This document shows, in pieces, positions 12,039 to 26,799 of a stretch of DNA of 64,000 nt. The stretch lies in assembly GCA_030390025.1 (NCBI GenBank), contig CM059432.1, positions 130,574,001 through 130,638,000 on the forward strand, in the 5' to 3' direction. The notes below the pieces were generated by a model that was given only the letters and a program-made list of their open reading frames with translations, was not told the origin of the DNA and searched no databases. Source of the stretch: Squalus acanthias. Its lineage: Eukaryota. A program made the position numbers and the translations under genes. The first letter of the stretch is position 1. The number at the start of each line of letters is the position of its first letter.

Positions 12039-12754
12039 GGCCTGGGGTTTCCGCGTGTTTTCCGCTCAGATATCAGCGGCATCTGGGTGAAAGCGACTAA
12101 AATAGCGCAAAAGATCGCGGAATTTAAAACCTAAGTGAGTTACGCCCAGAACCATTTACCCGCGAGTTTCCTCCATCTTTTACCGTGGTTCAAAAGTCAA
12201 TTTGCCCGAAGCAGTCCCCCGCCCACAAAACTGGCCAGGTCAGCGTGGTGAGTTTCTGCTGACTGCGCACAAATTGTCAGGGGCACAGGTACCCGCAGTC
12301 ATATTAATAATCCAGCGTTAATGACCTGCCGTTGCAGTGGCCAGCAGTCAATTGAGGCCTCACTCAGGTCGGTTTCTCATACTGATGCTACTTTTAAATC
12401 ATTTTAATGAGTTCAAATTCAGTCAATTGATCTGCCCGTGGTACATTAGGCCTGTAACCAGCAGTCAATTGAAACCACTGATGGGCCTGCTTCTTCAGCT
12501 GCAGCAATTACTTGAATACATTTTCACTTTAAAATTAGTTTAATTGAGTCACCTTGTAGGTCCCATTGGCCACGCTCCAGTCAATAATCAATTACGATGG
12601 ATAACGCTGCTTGATTCTACTGATTCGTGGGCCATTTTATGTTCGGGCATATGTAAATTAATTTGAGCGGAAACTTGGGCGCAACTTCACCTTGGCAAAA
12701 CCGCCGCATCCGGATGCAATTTACAGATTGTGCCCCAAGCGGAAACTCCAGACC
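12039..12754. mobile_element. Harbinger-type MITE
   Basis: 16-bp TIRs ggcctggggtttccgc / ggtctggagtttccgc (14/16); 3-bp TSD AGA on both sides. Confidence 0.8.
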
Positions 12755-13460
12755 AGAGAGTTTATTCATTCTAAAAATTCAGGAGGATGATTGGGGGAGG
12801 GGAGGGGGGGGGGGGCGGGTGGGACAACTATTTGGGAGCTGAGGAAGTGGTGTTCACAGAGTTTGTAGTTGTTGAGTGGAAAAGGACTACCAAGCCTGCT
12901 TGCAAGACAATGTACCGTTTGGAGAGAATGGTGTTAAACGTGATTATGCTTGAAGTGCTGGAACTTTAGAAAATTTCATCCTAAGGAACGCAGTGGTTCG
13001 AGGGTGAATAATGGAGGGTACAAGATTAGAGTGGTATTCTGGACTTCTGCTCGATTTATCTCAGAGTAAGCCAGGGCAATCCTTCCAGTACCTTTCACCG
13101 AGAGACTCAATGAGCTGGATAGAGCAGATTGTACATAAACTAAGGAAGGAACAGGCTTGATGGGATAAATGATTTTTCTCATTTCACGTTGTTTTCTAAC
13201 GAGACCATTTCTTCAAAGATTCCACTGCCAAAAATGGCAAACTGAAGCATTATGGCTCCCTTGTGATACAACATTTAGGCCATAATGTCAAACCTTAGAT
13301 ATTCAAGATCCCAGCACAATGCTTCATATCTTACCTTTCTTGAAGTGTCTGGGCTCCACACTTTCAACCAGCATTTAGTTATCATTCTGATCCTCAAATG
13401 AAAACAAAGAGGTGCTCAGAGATCGCCAAGGTAATGAGACAGAGATTAGAAAACACTCAC

Positions 13461-13585
13461 TTGGGGTCGGTGATTCTCAGAATTTCTCTGCAAAGCCGAC
13501 CAATGAACGTCACAGATTCATCGGCCGTTTGGAATTTGGGTATGGGAATGCGGGTGGACTGGTACATGCTCTGCCAGTCTAGAAT
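13461..13585 (-). CDS. WASHC5: WASHC5 coding exon 19 ([18 protein letters not shown]...EILRITDP)
   Basis: 125 nt; AG/GT. Confidence 0.96.
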
Positions 13586-15369
13586 CTACAAGAAAAAAAA
13601 GAGCATCTGTTAATCAGGCATGAAAATCTCAGAATCAAAACCTTGCCCTTTACCTGGTTCATCAAGTTATCGCTCCGAGAGGCATTTTAAAAATGTTTTA
13701 ATTTAACATATAAATAACAGGGTCCAACCCATAATCCAAGTGAAAGACTGATTTGAAAATTCAAAGCACGTCAAGAAAATATTTAGGGTTTGGTTAAAGG
13801 TCTAAAAATCAACTTTAATTGCTGAGAACCCAGAGCACATTTTGGAAAATGTGTTTTCCCCAGACGATTGTATCCTGTCCCTCTTTGTGTTAACACAGAA
13901 ATGTAATTCTTCCAGTGTTAATGTTAACCTATCAATCTCTTTCAGAGGCTGACAGACCTGCTGTAAGTTTCCAGTATTCGGTTTTATCCATTAGTTTTCC
14001 GGCATTCCTAATTTTTCTTTTTTATTTCTCAATGTTATGATTACAGTCTTGGGTCACACACCTCACCTACCCGTCTCCGTCTCCGTAGATTGCAATATGT
14101 AACCAGAAGACCGGAGTTATACCACAAACTGCACCACACCAAGGTCATTGACAAAGAAGCTCCGCACACGTGCGCTTGGAGGGACGCACAGAGCTCCGCT
14201 CCCCAGGGGCTATGTTCAATGTTAGGAAAGCGTGTTCAGTTTATTAATTAAAATTCAAAAGATTGAAAATAAAATAAGTTTATAGAGTGCCCAGGAATTC
14301 CAACAGATTTCCAAAATGTAGCTTCAACCAGGCTGGAATTACTCTGCATCCAGTGTGAACGCAAACTGGTGCGAGATGGTCTTCTTGTGGGGATCTCACA
14401 CCATTTGGCTTTCATGCACTTGGGCGACACTGCAACTTTAGCATCAACATATAGCGGAAACCTTATTGCATTGACACAATAGTGCAGCTATTACACAAGT
14501 TGTCTTTTTTTTTAAATGAATTTTTAAAAACCTTAAGGGTCTGAATCATATAGGCACATAGGGATTGCTAGACAAAAAAAGACTAAGGTCCAGCTCGTCC
14601 CCCTTCTACCATCCTAGTAGTCACATGATGGAGCTGTTGACCCATCTTGGTAATCAACAATTGGTCTACAGCAGACCCAAAAATGACATGAGGAAAACCT
14701 CACTGGTGGAAAGCTTTGGGAACCATATGTCAAAGTCACCTTTTCCCTTCCAAGGATGCTGCACTTATCACACCTCAAATTAGTCATGTACTAAACCCAA
14801 AATATTATTTTCTTTAAGCAATCTATCCAATTTGCAATATCTTTCAAAAATTTCATTCAGCACAACGCACTCACGATTACAATTGGACATGTAGTGATTC
14901 AAAACCAGAGGTTAGATGTAATGCAAAGCATGGCAAAATACTAGCAACAATATTTTTAAAACCCTGTAACAAAAGAATCAAACTAGTAATAGCTACTGTT
15001 CTTGCTTTAAAGTCCTGCAGGTTGAAATATAAATGTCTAGCACTAAAATAAGAGTTCTGTTCGCTATTTTACCTGTAGCTGTACACCCGAGAACAATGAT
15101 AAGCACAAATACTCAAACTGAAATTAGTACTGTAGCATTTCCGGCTGGGAGGTGGTTGGGAGAATGTAGGGAAGACACACGCCTAGCAGTGCCTGTTGCT
15201 TTCAAGTGGGTGCACTGGCTACAACCTGCCTTGGCTGCAGAAGTGTCTGGCCAGGTAGACAGAAGAAGGGGAGAATATGACAGGGAAAAATAGGGCAGAA
15301 GAAATCAAAATATTTTTAAAGCAAAAAAAAAATACAAGTAGTTATGCTAATTTACATTCTCAGAGTTAC

Positions 15370-15549
15370 CTTCGTCCTCAGGAAATTATTGCACTCTTGC
15401 TCCACATTGTAGTTGATAATTCGAGACACCTCCTCCTGCCATATCTTCAGCCCGTAGATGCTGACGTAATCTTGTATGTATTCGAACGAACGGTAGAATC
15501 CATCCATTGTGGCAGCCATCTCTTTCAGTTTGGGCATCAGTTCACTAGC
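15370..15549 (-). CDS. WASHC5: WASHC5 coding exon 18 ([11 protein letters not shown]...ECNNFLRTK)
   Basis: 180 nt; AG/GT. Confidence 0.96.
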
Positions 15550-16187
15550 CTGTGTTAAAGGAACACAAACTGTTTGAAGCTTTGAAAACACACTATCACC
15601 ATAAATCAGTACGATTAACAGCACGTCTCAGCTAGGTTGTCAGTAAAATTCTTACATACTGTACACTTAAAGCTAGAAATTCTGAATAATGAGCAATTTA
15701 GAATGCAATCGAAAGCCAAGGTAATTCTAAAGCCTGTACACAACAGCAGTAGGTTCCATAAAACATGGGACAGCCTTCTGAAATAAGAATTTCACTGATC
15801 TACACAATGAGATGCAAGAACAGTAAATGATGATCTCACTGTGCCCAGCTTCCTTTTCCCGGTTGATGGGTCTCCACCCAAATGTTAACTTGAATTTTCT
15901 CTTTTCAGACCCATGTCGGGCGGCTTCCAATGTGCCTATAACTTTCATATTCTAGATGTCGAAATTCAATGGCGCATACATTTGGTGTGAGGCTGTCACA
16001 CCTTCAGGGTACGGAGTGACCAGTCAGGGGAGACCAGAGCCCTCCCACCCTGCAACAGTTTTCCCTTTTCATCACAAATCTAACTCACAGCTTGGGCCTG
16101 GGCCTATAAAGAAACCCTTCCACTGTGTGCCCAGAAGTTCTGAAGCGTGAAGAAGTAGTGCTTGGAATAATTGTCATATCCTCTCAC

Positions 16188-16289
16188 CTTGGCTTTAGGG
16201 TTAAAAATGATCCCTTTGTGAAGAGCCAAGGCAACCCTTTTGACCAATTCCTTCCGAATCCCATCTTCTAACAACTGCTTCGGATCCAC
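16188..16289 (-). CDS. WASHC5: WASHC5 coding exon 17 ([19 protein letters not shown]...FNPKAK)
   Basis: 102 nt; AG/GT. Confidence 0.96.
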
Positions 16290-19024
16290 CTATTTAAAAA
16301 AAAAAATGCAACACAAAAGGAAGGGATTTTTAATTCATACAAAGCCTCTTTTAGACTTGAGCTCGTCTGAAAAAAGCGGAGAAGCTAAATTTCCCTGAAA
16401 AAGCTTCTCTTACCCTCAGCATCCACTTTATATTTAAAAAAAACCCGCCAAGCAAATCTGACTAAATATCTGGTTAATAGATTAGAAAAAAAAGAGCAAA
16501 AATGAAAACAATGATGTTGAGAAGTTGCAGGGGAAACCATATTGAAGGGGTTACTCAGTCCAAGAGTGTGAGGCAGCTGAATTGATGTGGGCATTGTTGC
16601 GCTACCTCGTATAATGCTGATATTTATGGATGGCAATGCAGCTTTTTCAAATTGCCGGGTTCTGCAACACTCATCAGTCAGCTCCACCAATGAAACATCC
16701 TATTTTTTCCATTTATTCTTTGGTCCACAGATTTTTTTTTAAGCTAGCTTTTAAGGCAGCTGAATGGAATTACTGATGTACGGTCTGAATAGCGTTTCTG
16801 CTTCAGAAAGCTAAAGACCACCTTTTAAATATGAATGAAGAAACATTGTGATTCTGAACATGTCCCCAAATAAAATGTATTATTTTAAATTGAGGTTTTA
16901 AAAAAAAAATTAAAATGTATTTTATAACTTTCCCTCACTATTCAGTCAAAAGGCAACCTGTCTCCAAGCTTCTCTTGCCCTGTAAGTGGTTGTTAGGAAG
17001 TGCATGAAAACTGCTTTGGCAAATCGCAGTTTTTCCACTCTCCCTGTAACAAAGCACTCGGCCTCTGCTCAGCATCGCTCTCTGCTGATCAGGAACTCTC
17101 TGTGCAAGAAACTGCTACAAATCCACACACCATCACTAAGTGGCACAGCACACTGCAGCTCCAGCGTGCAACGTCACCCTATAATTAGCTACTTCAGTGG
17201 AACCGATGAGACATATTGGTCTTTCACTGTTTAGTGTTGTTATGAAACCAGCATCTGAGAGAACGGCAAGATTAGAAAAAGCATTTAATCCAATGTACCA
17301 TGGTGTGGGAGTATGGCGTCGTGCAGCCGGGGATGGCACGACGTCATTTTCCCCACTGTAAGATGACCAAGGAATAAGAATCATTTAACTAAAACGACAG
17401 TACATTGTGGGGTAGTCGCTATTGAATTCTCTCCACTGCAGAATGGAACCAAAACCTGATGAAGCAGCACAATGAGAAGCAGAACTAAAGCTGACAGCAG
17501 GATCAGACTTTATTCTGAAAAAGTGGAGAACAAGAACAGTTTTTTTTTAAATAAAGTTTCTTGTTTTACCATCAACAACGTTAAAATCGAAACCAGTTAT
17601 AAGTTACTGTTACTGTATAAAGCACAGGATTGTGGCTCCAATACACGTTTGGTCAGCCTGATATGAATTACGTGCATTTCACACAGTGGGATCCAAAAAG
17701 GAATTTGATGCAATCAGCAAGTTTGTTGTTGCTGCAGCAAAGGCAGGCTTCACTGAATGCCCAGCCTGGAAAGCGCGCTTCTGAAAATTTACAACATCAA
17801 GGCACGACAGGAAATATTGGTCCAATCCCAGTTCAGACCACAATTTGTGGTTCGAAGTGGCAGGATCCCACAAGCACATTCTTCTGTTCTTCCGCTGTCT
17901 TTTTATTGCCTCACTTTAGATGATCCTTTACAATCGGGGAAAGGGTTCCTCCATTGAGCAGCTTGCAGGTCATTCAATCAACAAACTCCTCCTGGTGGTG
18001 AAAAGCACCCGTTATGTCCTTTCCTTTCCCTTTTCCATCCCCTCTTCCACATTAAAAAAGGGACTTGCTCATCTTTCATATTTCAGCGCTGAAGAAGGAT
18101 CGACACCCAAAGTGTTAACCCGTCTATCCTCTTGACAGATGCTGACCGACATGCTGGGTTAATTCGGCATTTTCCATTTTGGTTTCGGATTTCGAGGTTT
18201 TTCTTTCCCCTTTTGATTAGCAAATACATTGACCTCTGCTAAAGAGGAACAAGCCAATAGTGCAAGTAAAGCACCGCAGCACATTTTTGATTTGTCTGCA
18301 GATGACATTGCGAAAGCCCAGCAGGCGCCTTCATTACTCCCATCCGAAAAAATCCAACGAACAATACGGAGGGACAGGAAGCAACATTTTTGTCTTGCGC
18401 TACAGCTCAACCCAAGACGGTCCCAAAAGTCACAACTATGGCGTTCAAGAAAGTGTCATGAGGGACTGAAATTGTATATGTTAGAAAGACACAGATGTAG
18501 CACGGTTCAGGCAGCAAGACAAGCTACTTGGTGCCTTCTGCAATCCAGCACAGGCTGTAGTTATGGATTGACCCAACTGAAAATTGTGATCTCATTTCCT
18601 GGCCTCAAAAGTGGAATTGACACTTTTTCGATGCAACCTCCATTAACCAGTAGAACCATTAATATCTTGGGGCAAACTAACACAACGGCCCTGATATTTA
18701 CGGGGAGGAGGGCAGGGAATGGGGTAGTGTGGAGGAAACCCAACAAGGCCAGGGACGCGGAGGACCTGCCGAACTTAATGGGAGGACCACATTATAATTT
18801 TATTTCTTCAGTTTCCCGCCCGGCAGCCAGGCAAATTGACAGGCTGGCCGGCTGCCGGGCAAGAAAACCAACGGCAGGAGGACCCTTGGGGACGGTCCGT
18901 GGCAATCGTGATCCCGGTACGGACTGCAGATTGGGGTGGGGGGGAGGTCATTGATCGTGACGGGGCTAGAAAGAGGCCGATCAGCAGGGGGGAGGCTGAA
19001 GGCTTCCTTGAGGGGGCAGTGTCC

Positions 19025-19892
19025 TGGGCCCAACCATCTTCAGCTGCTTCATCAATGACCTTCTCTCCATCATAGGGTCAATAAGTGGCAAGTAACATTT
19101 GCACCACACAAGTGCCAGGCAATGACTATCTCCAACAAGAGAGAGTCTAACCACTGCCCCTTGACACTCAACAGCATTACCATCGCCGAATCCCCCACCA
19201 TCAACATCCTGGGGGTCACCATTGACCAGAAACTTCACTGGACCAGCCACATACATACTGTGGCTACAAGAGCAGGTCAGAGGCTAGGTATTCTGCAGCG
19301 AGTGTCTCACCTTCTGACTCCCCAAAGCCTTTTCACCATCTACAAGGCACAAGTCAGGAGTGTGATGGAATACTCTCCACTTGCCTGGATGAGTGCAGCT
19401 CCAACCCTCAAGGCGCTCAACACCATCCAGGACAAAGCAGCCCGCTTGATTGGCACCCCATCCACCACCTTAAACTTTCACTCCCTCCACCACCGGCGCA
19501 CCGTGGCTGCAGTGTGTACCATCCACAAGATGCACTGCAGCAACTCGCCAAGATTTCTTCGACAGCACCTCCCAAACCCGCGACTTCTACCACGTAGAAG
19601 GACAAGAGCAGAAGGTGCATGGGAACACCATCAGCTCCAAGTCACACACCATCCTGACTTGGAAATATATCGCTGATCCTTCATCGTCGCTGGATTAAAA
19701 TCCTGGAACTCCCTACCTAACAGCACTGTGGGAGTACCTTCACCACACGGACTGCAGCGGTTCAAGGCGGCGGCTCACCACCAGGGCAATTAGGGATGGG
19801 CAATAAACGCTGGCCTTGCCAGCGATGCCCACATCCAATGAACAAAAAAAAATAAATAAATAAAATAAATAAATAAATAAAAAAAAAAGAAG

Positions 19893-19927
<35 letters not shown>
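19025..19927 (+). mobile_element. CR1/L2-group LINE 3' fragment with long A-rich tail
   Basis: ORF 19122-19676 (ILGVTIDQKLHW, YKAQVRSVMEYSPLAW); A-rich tail 19843-19927. Confidence 0.85.
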
Positions 19928-19929
<2 letters not shown>

Positions 19930-20541
19930 GCTCGTCTCCGCCCCGGCCTCAGCTCATCTGCTGCTGAAACCCTCATCTATGCCTTGGTTACCTCTTGACC
20001 TGACTATTCCAACGCACTCCTGGCCGGCCTACCAGCTTCCACCCTACATAAACACAAGTTTATCCAAAACTCTGCTGCCTGTATCCTAACTCGCACCAAG
20101 TTCCATTCACCCATCATCCCTGTGCTCGCTGACCTACATTGGCTCCTGGTCTGGCAATGCTTCAATTATAAAATCTCATCCTTATTTTCAAGTTTCTCCA
20201 TGGCCTCGCCCCTCCCCATCTCTAACCTCCTCCAGCCCAACAACCCTCCGAGATCTCTGCGCTCCTCCAATTCTGGCCTCTTGAGAATCCCCGATTTTCA
20301 TCACTCCACCATTGGCGGCCGTGCTTTCAGCTGCCTAGGCCCTAAACTCGAATTCCCTCCCTAAACCTCTCCGCCTCTCTCTAAGACGCTCCTTAAAACC
20401 TCTCTGACCAAGCTTTTGGCTGTCTGTCCTAATATCTCCTGATGTGGCTTGGTTTCAAATTTTGGTTGATAACGCCCCTGTGAAGGGCCTTGGGACGCTT
20501 TCCAACATTAAAGGCACTAGATAAATGCAATTTGTTGTTGT
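19928..20541 (+). mobile_element. L2 LINE 3' fragment
   Basis: LADLHWL...GGRAFSCLGPKL; ttgttgttg tail. Confidence 0.85.
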
Positions 20542-22230
20542 AGTACGGCAAACACAAAAGTCAGCTCTCATAGCAAGCATTCGCACTCCCTATGAACCAA
20601 AGTGTGACCTCGCACACAAAATAAGCTGTGCTAGCATGCCCTGCACAAACAATAGACCCATTTATTTGCTCTTGATTCACACTTGGGATTCTCATGACGC
20701 ATACACGTCGCTTCAGAAGATGATTACTATGAGTCACCCCACACACTTTCACACTAAAACTACAAAAAACAGGTTTATTCACAAAGTAGTGTCATGTATA
20801 TTAGCAATACAACCTGTTCTCAAATTCAAACAGTAGATTTGAAAGGGTTAAACAAACAAATCAACTGAATTTCTTTTAAGTCTGCTTGCTTTGAAGATCT
20901 TTCCAGACAAAAGTTAGACTGACAATTTCTTGTTAGGGATCACGTATTGCTAACTTAATGGTTAATTAATCAGAAGTGTCCAACCCCTACACTCCGAACA
21001 TCCTTTGAAATACAATCCTGCCTTTTAGAAGGCAACCTGTGATATCAAGGCATTTTTCTTGTACAATGCACAGCCAGTTCCGTAACACATACACAAAGGT
21101 ATGCCAATGGACAACCGTGGTGTCTGATTAGATTATAACATTACTTAGTAGTGATACAAGTCAATTGTTTCTACCATTTGGATGATTGGTAGTCATCCCA
21201 TATTGGCTTGATTGACTTCTTTTTGATATGCTTCAGTCAAGGCTAGAAAAATCCATGCCAGCTTCCCAGCATGCAGTTGTGAAAAACATTTTGAGGGTGG
21301 TATCTTTCTTAATTAGCTTCTTTTAAGTCAAGTAATGTAGTATAAACTCTGGGTAGAAATGGCCCATTTGTAATATTTCAAGATCTGAAACAGAGCTGAA
21401 GACTTGCACTTGGAAAGCAAAAATGCAGATAAGCTCCAATTACAAGATAGCCTTGAAAATACATTAAAAGCACAAAGTATTGGTAATGGAAGAGTTCAGG
21501 TGTAGAAAATTTGTGGGGTTTCATTTCCTGCTTCCTATCTCCAGTCAGTCACGTAGGACGACACACAGGGTGGCACAGTGCCAGAGTGGTGGAATTCAGG
21601 TGCAGTTCCTGATCTCAATCGCATTACTGTGGAGAGGCTGCAAGCAAAAGTCAAGCACTGGTCTTATAGGTGGTGAGAGAAGAAAGAAAAGTCGTCACAA
21701 ACTCCTCCTTTACACCGCCCTGTGGCTAGTTTCAGTCACAATAGCAAAGGCCTGGATGCTGGTTACCCACCTGTCTACTTAACTGCAGGAAACATCACTT
21801 CGCCTAATGTATGTGCAAACACTTCAACTTTCCCCCTCTCAACAAAAGCAACCAAACGAACAGAAGGCACGTGGAAACATCAGTGATAGCATACCATCAA
21901 TTCCTTTTCTATTAGATCAATTCATAATTTAAAAAAAAAATAGTATTTTCAAAAGGTAAATGAAAATACTTGCAACAGAAAACAATTAAACAAATTACAG
22001 CTGAAGGAAATGTCAAAATGTAAAGCAGAAAACAATCTCCATTAATACACATTAAAAAAAATAGCTGCTTGACTAATGTAAACCTGGATCAGAATTTGCA
22101 ATTTTTCCACAACCATTTTACTGTAAACTGTAGATATATTGGAGTTGTAAAGACCACAAACGTGTGCAAGTGCTGAAACAATTAGTATTTATGTTTGAGA
22201 AACCTAAATGTAAAAAAACCCCGTGACTCA

Positions 22231-22836
<606 letters not shown>

Positions 22837-23470
22837 ATAATGATAAAAAGATAAACAATCAATTTTCTTTAGGGCTTTAAGACACGTCAGTTGATAGCAC
22901 ATTCACCAGTGGTTTGTGCTTCCGAAGATCCTAGCCCATAAACAAGACCGACAGTTTAGTGCAGCACTGTGGGGCTTTGTCAAACGAGATGTTAGCCGTG
23001 CAGGTAGATGTGGATGGGATACATTCTCCCTTTATTAAATGTGCACTGCATTCATGAAAAACGGACCACAATCCTTTTGTTAAGGAGGGAGAGGATCAGG
23101 AAATGCAGTGAGTCATTGTCACTGAGATCACCTGCCAATGGTGTGACGTGTCTGCACATTATGTTGTGTTTGTGAACAAAAAAAAAGTGCCAATCACTTT
23201 ATGAAGATTGAGCCCCTTTAATAATTTTTTTTTTTTTTTTTTAAATGCACAAGGCACGAAAATAGCAGAGGCCACTTGACAGACAAACTGCCTTAATGGC
23301 CATGCTTTCAATGCCACCACATAAAAGAGTTTTTGATGCTGTTCTCACCACCCTCCTTACACTCTACACCAGGCCAACTGAGCAAGCACCCTGCACCATG
23401 GTTTGCAATCAGGCAAGTCCAATGGCTATTGTAGTCTCTGACCCATCCAAAATCCATTGTGCCCTCATAC

Positions 23471-23611
23471 CTCGTATCTTGCACCAAGCTGGGCATAGTC
23501 CTTCAGCTTGTCTTTATCCAGTCGAGTTGGCACTTCCATAATGTTGTGCGTTTGGAGCTTGATAATCTTTGCCAAGGATGTAAACATGCTCTCTGGAATA
23601 ATCTGCAAAAC
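23471..23611 (-). CDS. WASHC5: WASHC5 coding exon 15 ([13 protein letters not shown]...YAQLGARYE)
   Basis: 141 nt; AG/GT. Confidence 0.96.
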
Positions 23612-23977
23612 CTACAACATCGCACAAGAATGTTTTATTTTTAAAAATAATACTGTTACATTTTTCAGTTTTATCACTGCAAATAGTAAAAAGTAACAGG
23701 CAAGTTGCATTTGGTTAAAGGCAAGGTTTTCCATTTATATTACGTTACTCAAAAAATTCAACTCAAAAGGTTGAGTTAATGCCTAATTAAACTGACACGA
23801 AACACTAAATTTGATGGAATTAAAACACGAAACAAACACGTAACTGTGCACTGAACCAATGCAAAACGAGATACATTAGATGGGATGAAAGTGTCTATTG
23901 AAGCAATACAAAGCAGCATCAGCTTGAATTTATATAGCCCCTTGAACAGAAAATATGTTTCATGGTGCTTCACAGAG

Positions 23978-25540
23978 GTCATAGAGTCATAACGGCACAG
24001 AAGGCAGCCATTCGGCCCAATCAAGTCCATGCCAGTTCTCTGCAGAGCAATCCAGTCAGTCCCATTCCCCCGCTCTATCCCCGTAGCCCTGCGAGTTTAT
24101 TTCCCTCAAGTGCCTATCCAGTCTCCCTTTGAAAACATTGAGTGTCTCCACTTCCACCACATCGGTCGGCAGCGAGTTCCAGGTCCTCACCACTCGCTGT
24201 GTAAAAAAGTTTTTCCTCACGTACCCCCTGTATCTCTTGCCCAAAACCTTAAATCTGTGTCCCCTAGTCCTTGTACCATCAACTAGTGGGAACAGCCTTT
24301 CCCTGTCTAGCCTATCCAAACCCGTCATAATCTTGTACACCTCTATCAAATCGCCACTCAACCTCCTTTACTCTAATGAAAACAAATCCAGCTCTCCAAC
24401 CTGTCCATGTAGCTAAGTTCCCCCATCCCCGGAACCATTCTGGTAAATCTCCTCTGCACCCTCTCAAGGGGCTCACATCCTTCCTAAAGTGTGGTGACCA
24501 GAACTGGACACAATACTCCAGTTGTGGCCTAACCAGCGCTTTATAAAGGTTCAGTGTAACTTCTCTACTTTTGTAATCAATACCTCTATTTATGAAGCTC
24601 AAGATCCCATATGCTTTGTTAACCACTCTCTCAATATGTCCTGCCACCTTCAGGGACCTATGCACATTAACTCCCAGGTCCCGGTGTCCCTGCACACTCT
24701 TTAAAACTGTGCCATTAAGTGTATATTGCATTTTGGCAGAAGGAACAGGGAGAGGCATCACCTCACACTTCTCTGTATTAAATTCCATCTGCCACTTGTC
24801 TGCCTGCCCATCCTGCCAGCCTTTCTATGTCCTGTTGCAGTCGATTGGTATCATCACCGTTTGCCACACCCCCAAGTTTGGTGTCATTGGCAAATTTAGA
24901 AATTCTACTCTGTATTCCAATATCCAGGTCGTTTATATATGTCAGAAAAAGCAGTGGCCCCAGCACTGACCCTTGGGGAACACCACTGTCTACCATCCTC
25001 CAGTCTAAAAAACAGCCATTTACCACAACTCGCTGTTTACTGTCCTTAAGCCAATTCCTTATCCAAGCTGCCACTGACCCACCTATTCCATGAGCCTCAA
25101 TTTTGTTAACCAGCCTTCTATGTGGTACTTTGTCAAACGCATTCCTAAAATCCATGTAGACAACATCCATTGCATTCCCTTCATCAATCCTCCGTTACTT
25201 CATCAAAAAATTCAATTAGATTAGTGAAACACGATCTGCCTTTTACAAATCCGTGTTGGTTCACCTTAATTAGCTTAAACCTCTCCAAATGCCCGTTAAT
25301 TTTTTCCTTGATTATAGTTTCTAAAACATTAGCCACCACTGATGTTAAACTGACCAGCCTGTAGTTACTAGGATTGTCCTTGCATCCTTTCTTTAACAAT
25401 GGTGTCATATTTGCCACTTTCCAATCCTCAGGCACCTCCCCCACATCTAGGGAAGATTGGAAAATTATGGCAAGCCCTTCTGCTATCTCCTCCCCCAATT
25501 CCCTTAGTAACCTGGGATGCAAGCCCTCTGGACCAGGCGA
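23978..25540 (-). mobile_element. CR1 LINE fragment, same subfamily as 1-960
   Basis: RT motifs GVPQGSVLGPLLFLTYINDL and LYKALVRPQLEYCVQFWSP; 3'UTR. Confidence 0.92.
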
Positions 25541-25861
25541 CTTGGTCCTGGCGACCAGGTGTAGGGAAAAATGGACGCTGAACCAAAGAATAGATTAGGT
25601 GGGGCGACCAAAAGCTTGGTCAAAGGAGGACGTTTTAAAGGTGTGTCTGAAAGGAGGAGAGAGGGAGGGAAGAGTTGCAGTGAAGGATGTAAGGAAATGG
25701 TTGAAGACGGCTTGGTTGTTGATTGAAACCACAGAATAGGCCACAAGAGATGGTGAGACTAGATGAATAGGGCGAGAGAATTTCTGTGGTGGGAAATAGA
25801 AATGTACCGCTCTGTGTTCAAAGTGCACAGCTAACAGGCATAATTGAATACTTCAAAGTTA

Positions 25862-26020
<159 letters not shown>

Positions 26021-26189
26021 TTATCCACCAATATAAAACATTATTGGTCATAAACCCTCAGGCCGATTGACAATATTTAGAACAAATATCAGTTTCACAT
26101 TCAAAAGATTATTTTTAATTAACTCTCAGGATGTGGCCGTCGCTGGCAAGGCCAGCATTTGTTGCCCATCCCTAGTTGCCCCGAGTAGG

Positions 26190-26400
26190 TGGGGGTGGAC
26201 CTTGGATGAAAGAATCAAGTGCCATGTATCCATGTTTGCTGCTGACACTAAGTTAGGCGGCACAGTAAGTAGTGTAGATGGGAACAGAAAGTTGCAAAGG
26301 GACATTGATAGATTACGTGAGTGGGCAAAACCGTGGCAGATGGAGTTCAGTAGGAAGTGTGAGATCATCCACTTTGGACCCAAGGAAGATAGATCAGACA
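26190..26400 (+). mobile_element. CR1 fragment
   Basis: FAADTKLGG...LQRDIDRLREWA. Confidence 0.75.
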
Positions 26401-26799
26401 GGTAGACTTTGCGGTGGGTATGATTTCCGCATGCGTATGCACATGTGCCGGCGCCAAATCCTTGCAATGTCAAGGTACGCCTTGACACATGATCCGCACC
26501 GATGGGGAAATACTAATTGCTGGCGCAGAATTGGGCTAATTGCCCACCAGCTGCCCAGCAATGACGTCCGAAAATTTTACTGTTAGTGAAAGCAGGCGCA
26601 GGAGCTATGTATGGATATGGTGTACGTTTCGGTGGTGGAAACCTTTTTTTGTCAGTCGAGTTTACTTTTAATTACTTGGAAAGTTGAAGAAGAAAGTTAA
26701 ATAAAGTGAACATTAATCAGATTTCAGTGACCAATTCTGTCCTTTCAACTCAAAAATGAACATAAACTATTTAATGCCTCTATAACAAGGAAAATAGAT

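Noticed and set aside
18085..18125. Additional hammerhead-like motif
   Set aside because: CTGAAGA is present but the GAAA half and stems are degenerate; a decayed pseudo-LTR.
18229..18954. 241-aa plus-strand ORF
   Set aside because: No recognisable domain; it spans unique and repeat sequence antisense within an intron.
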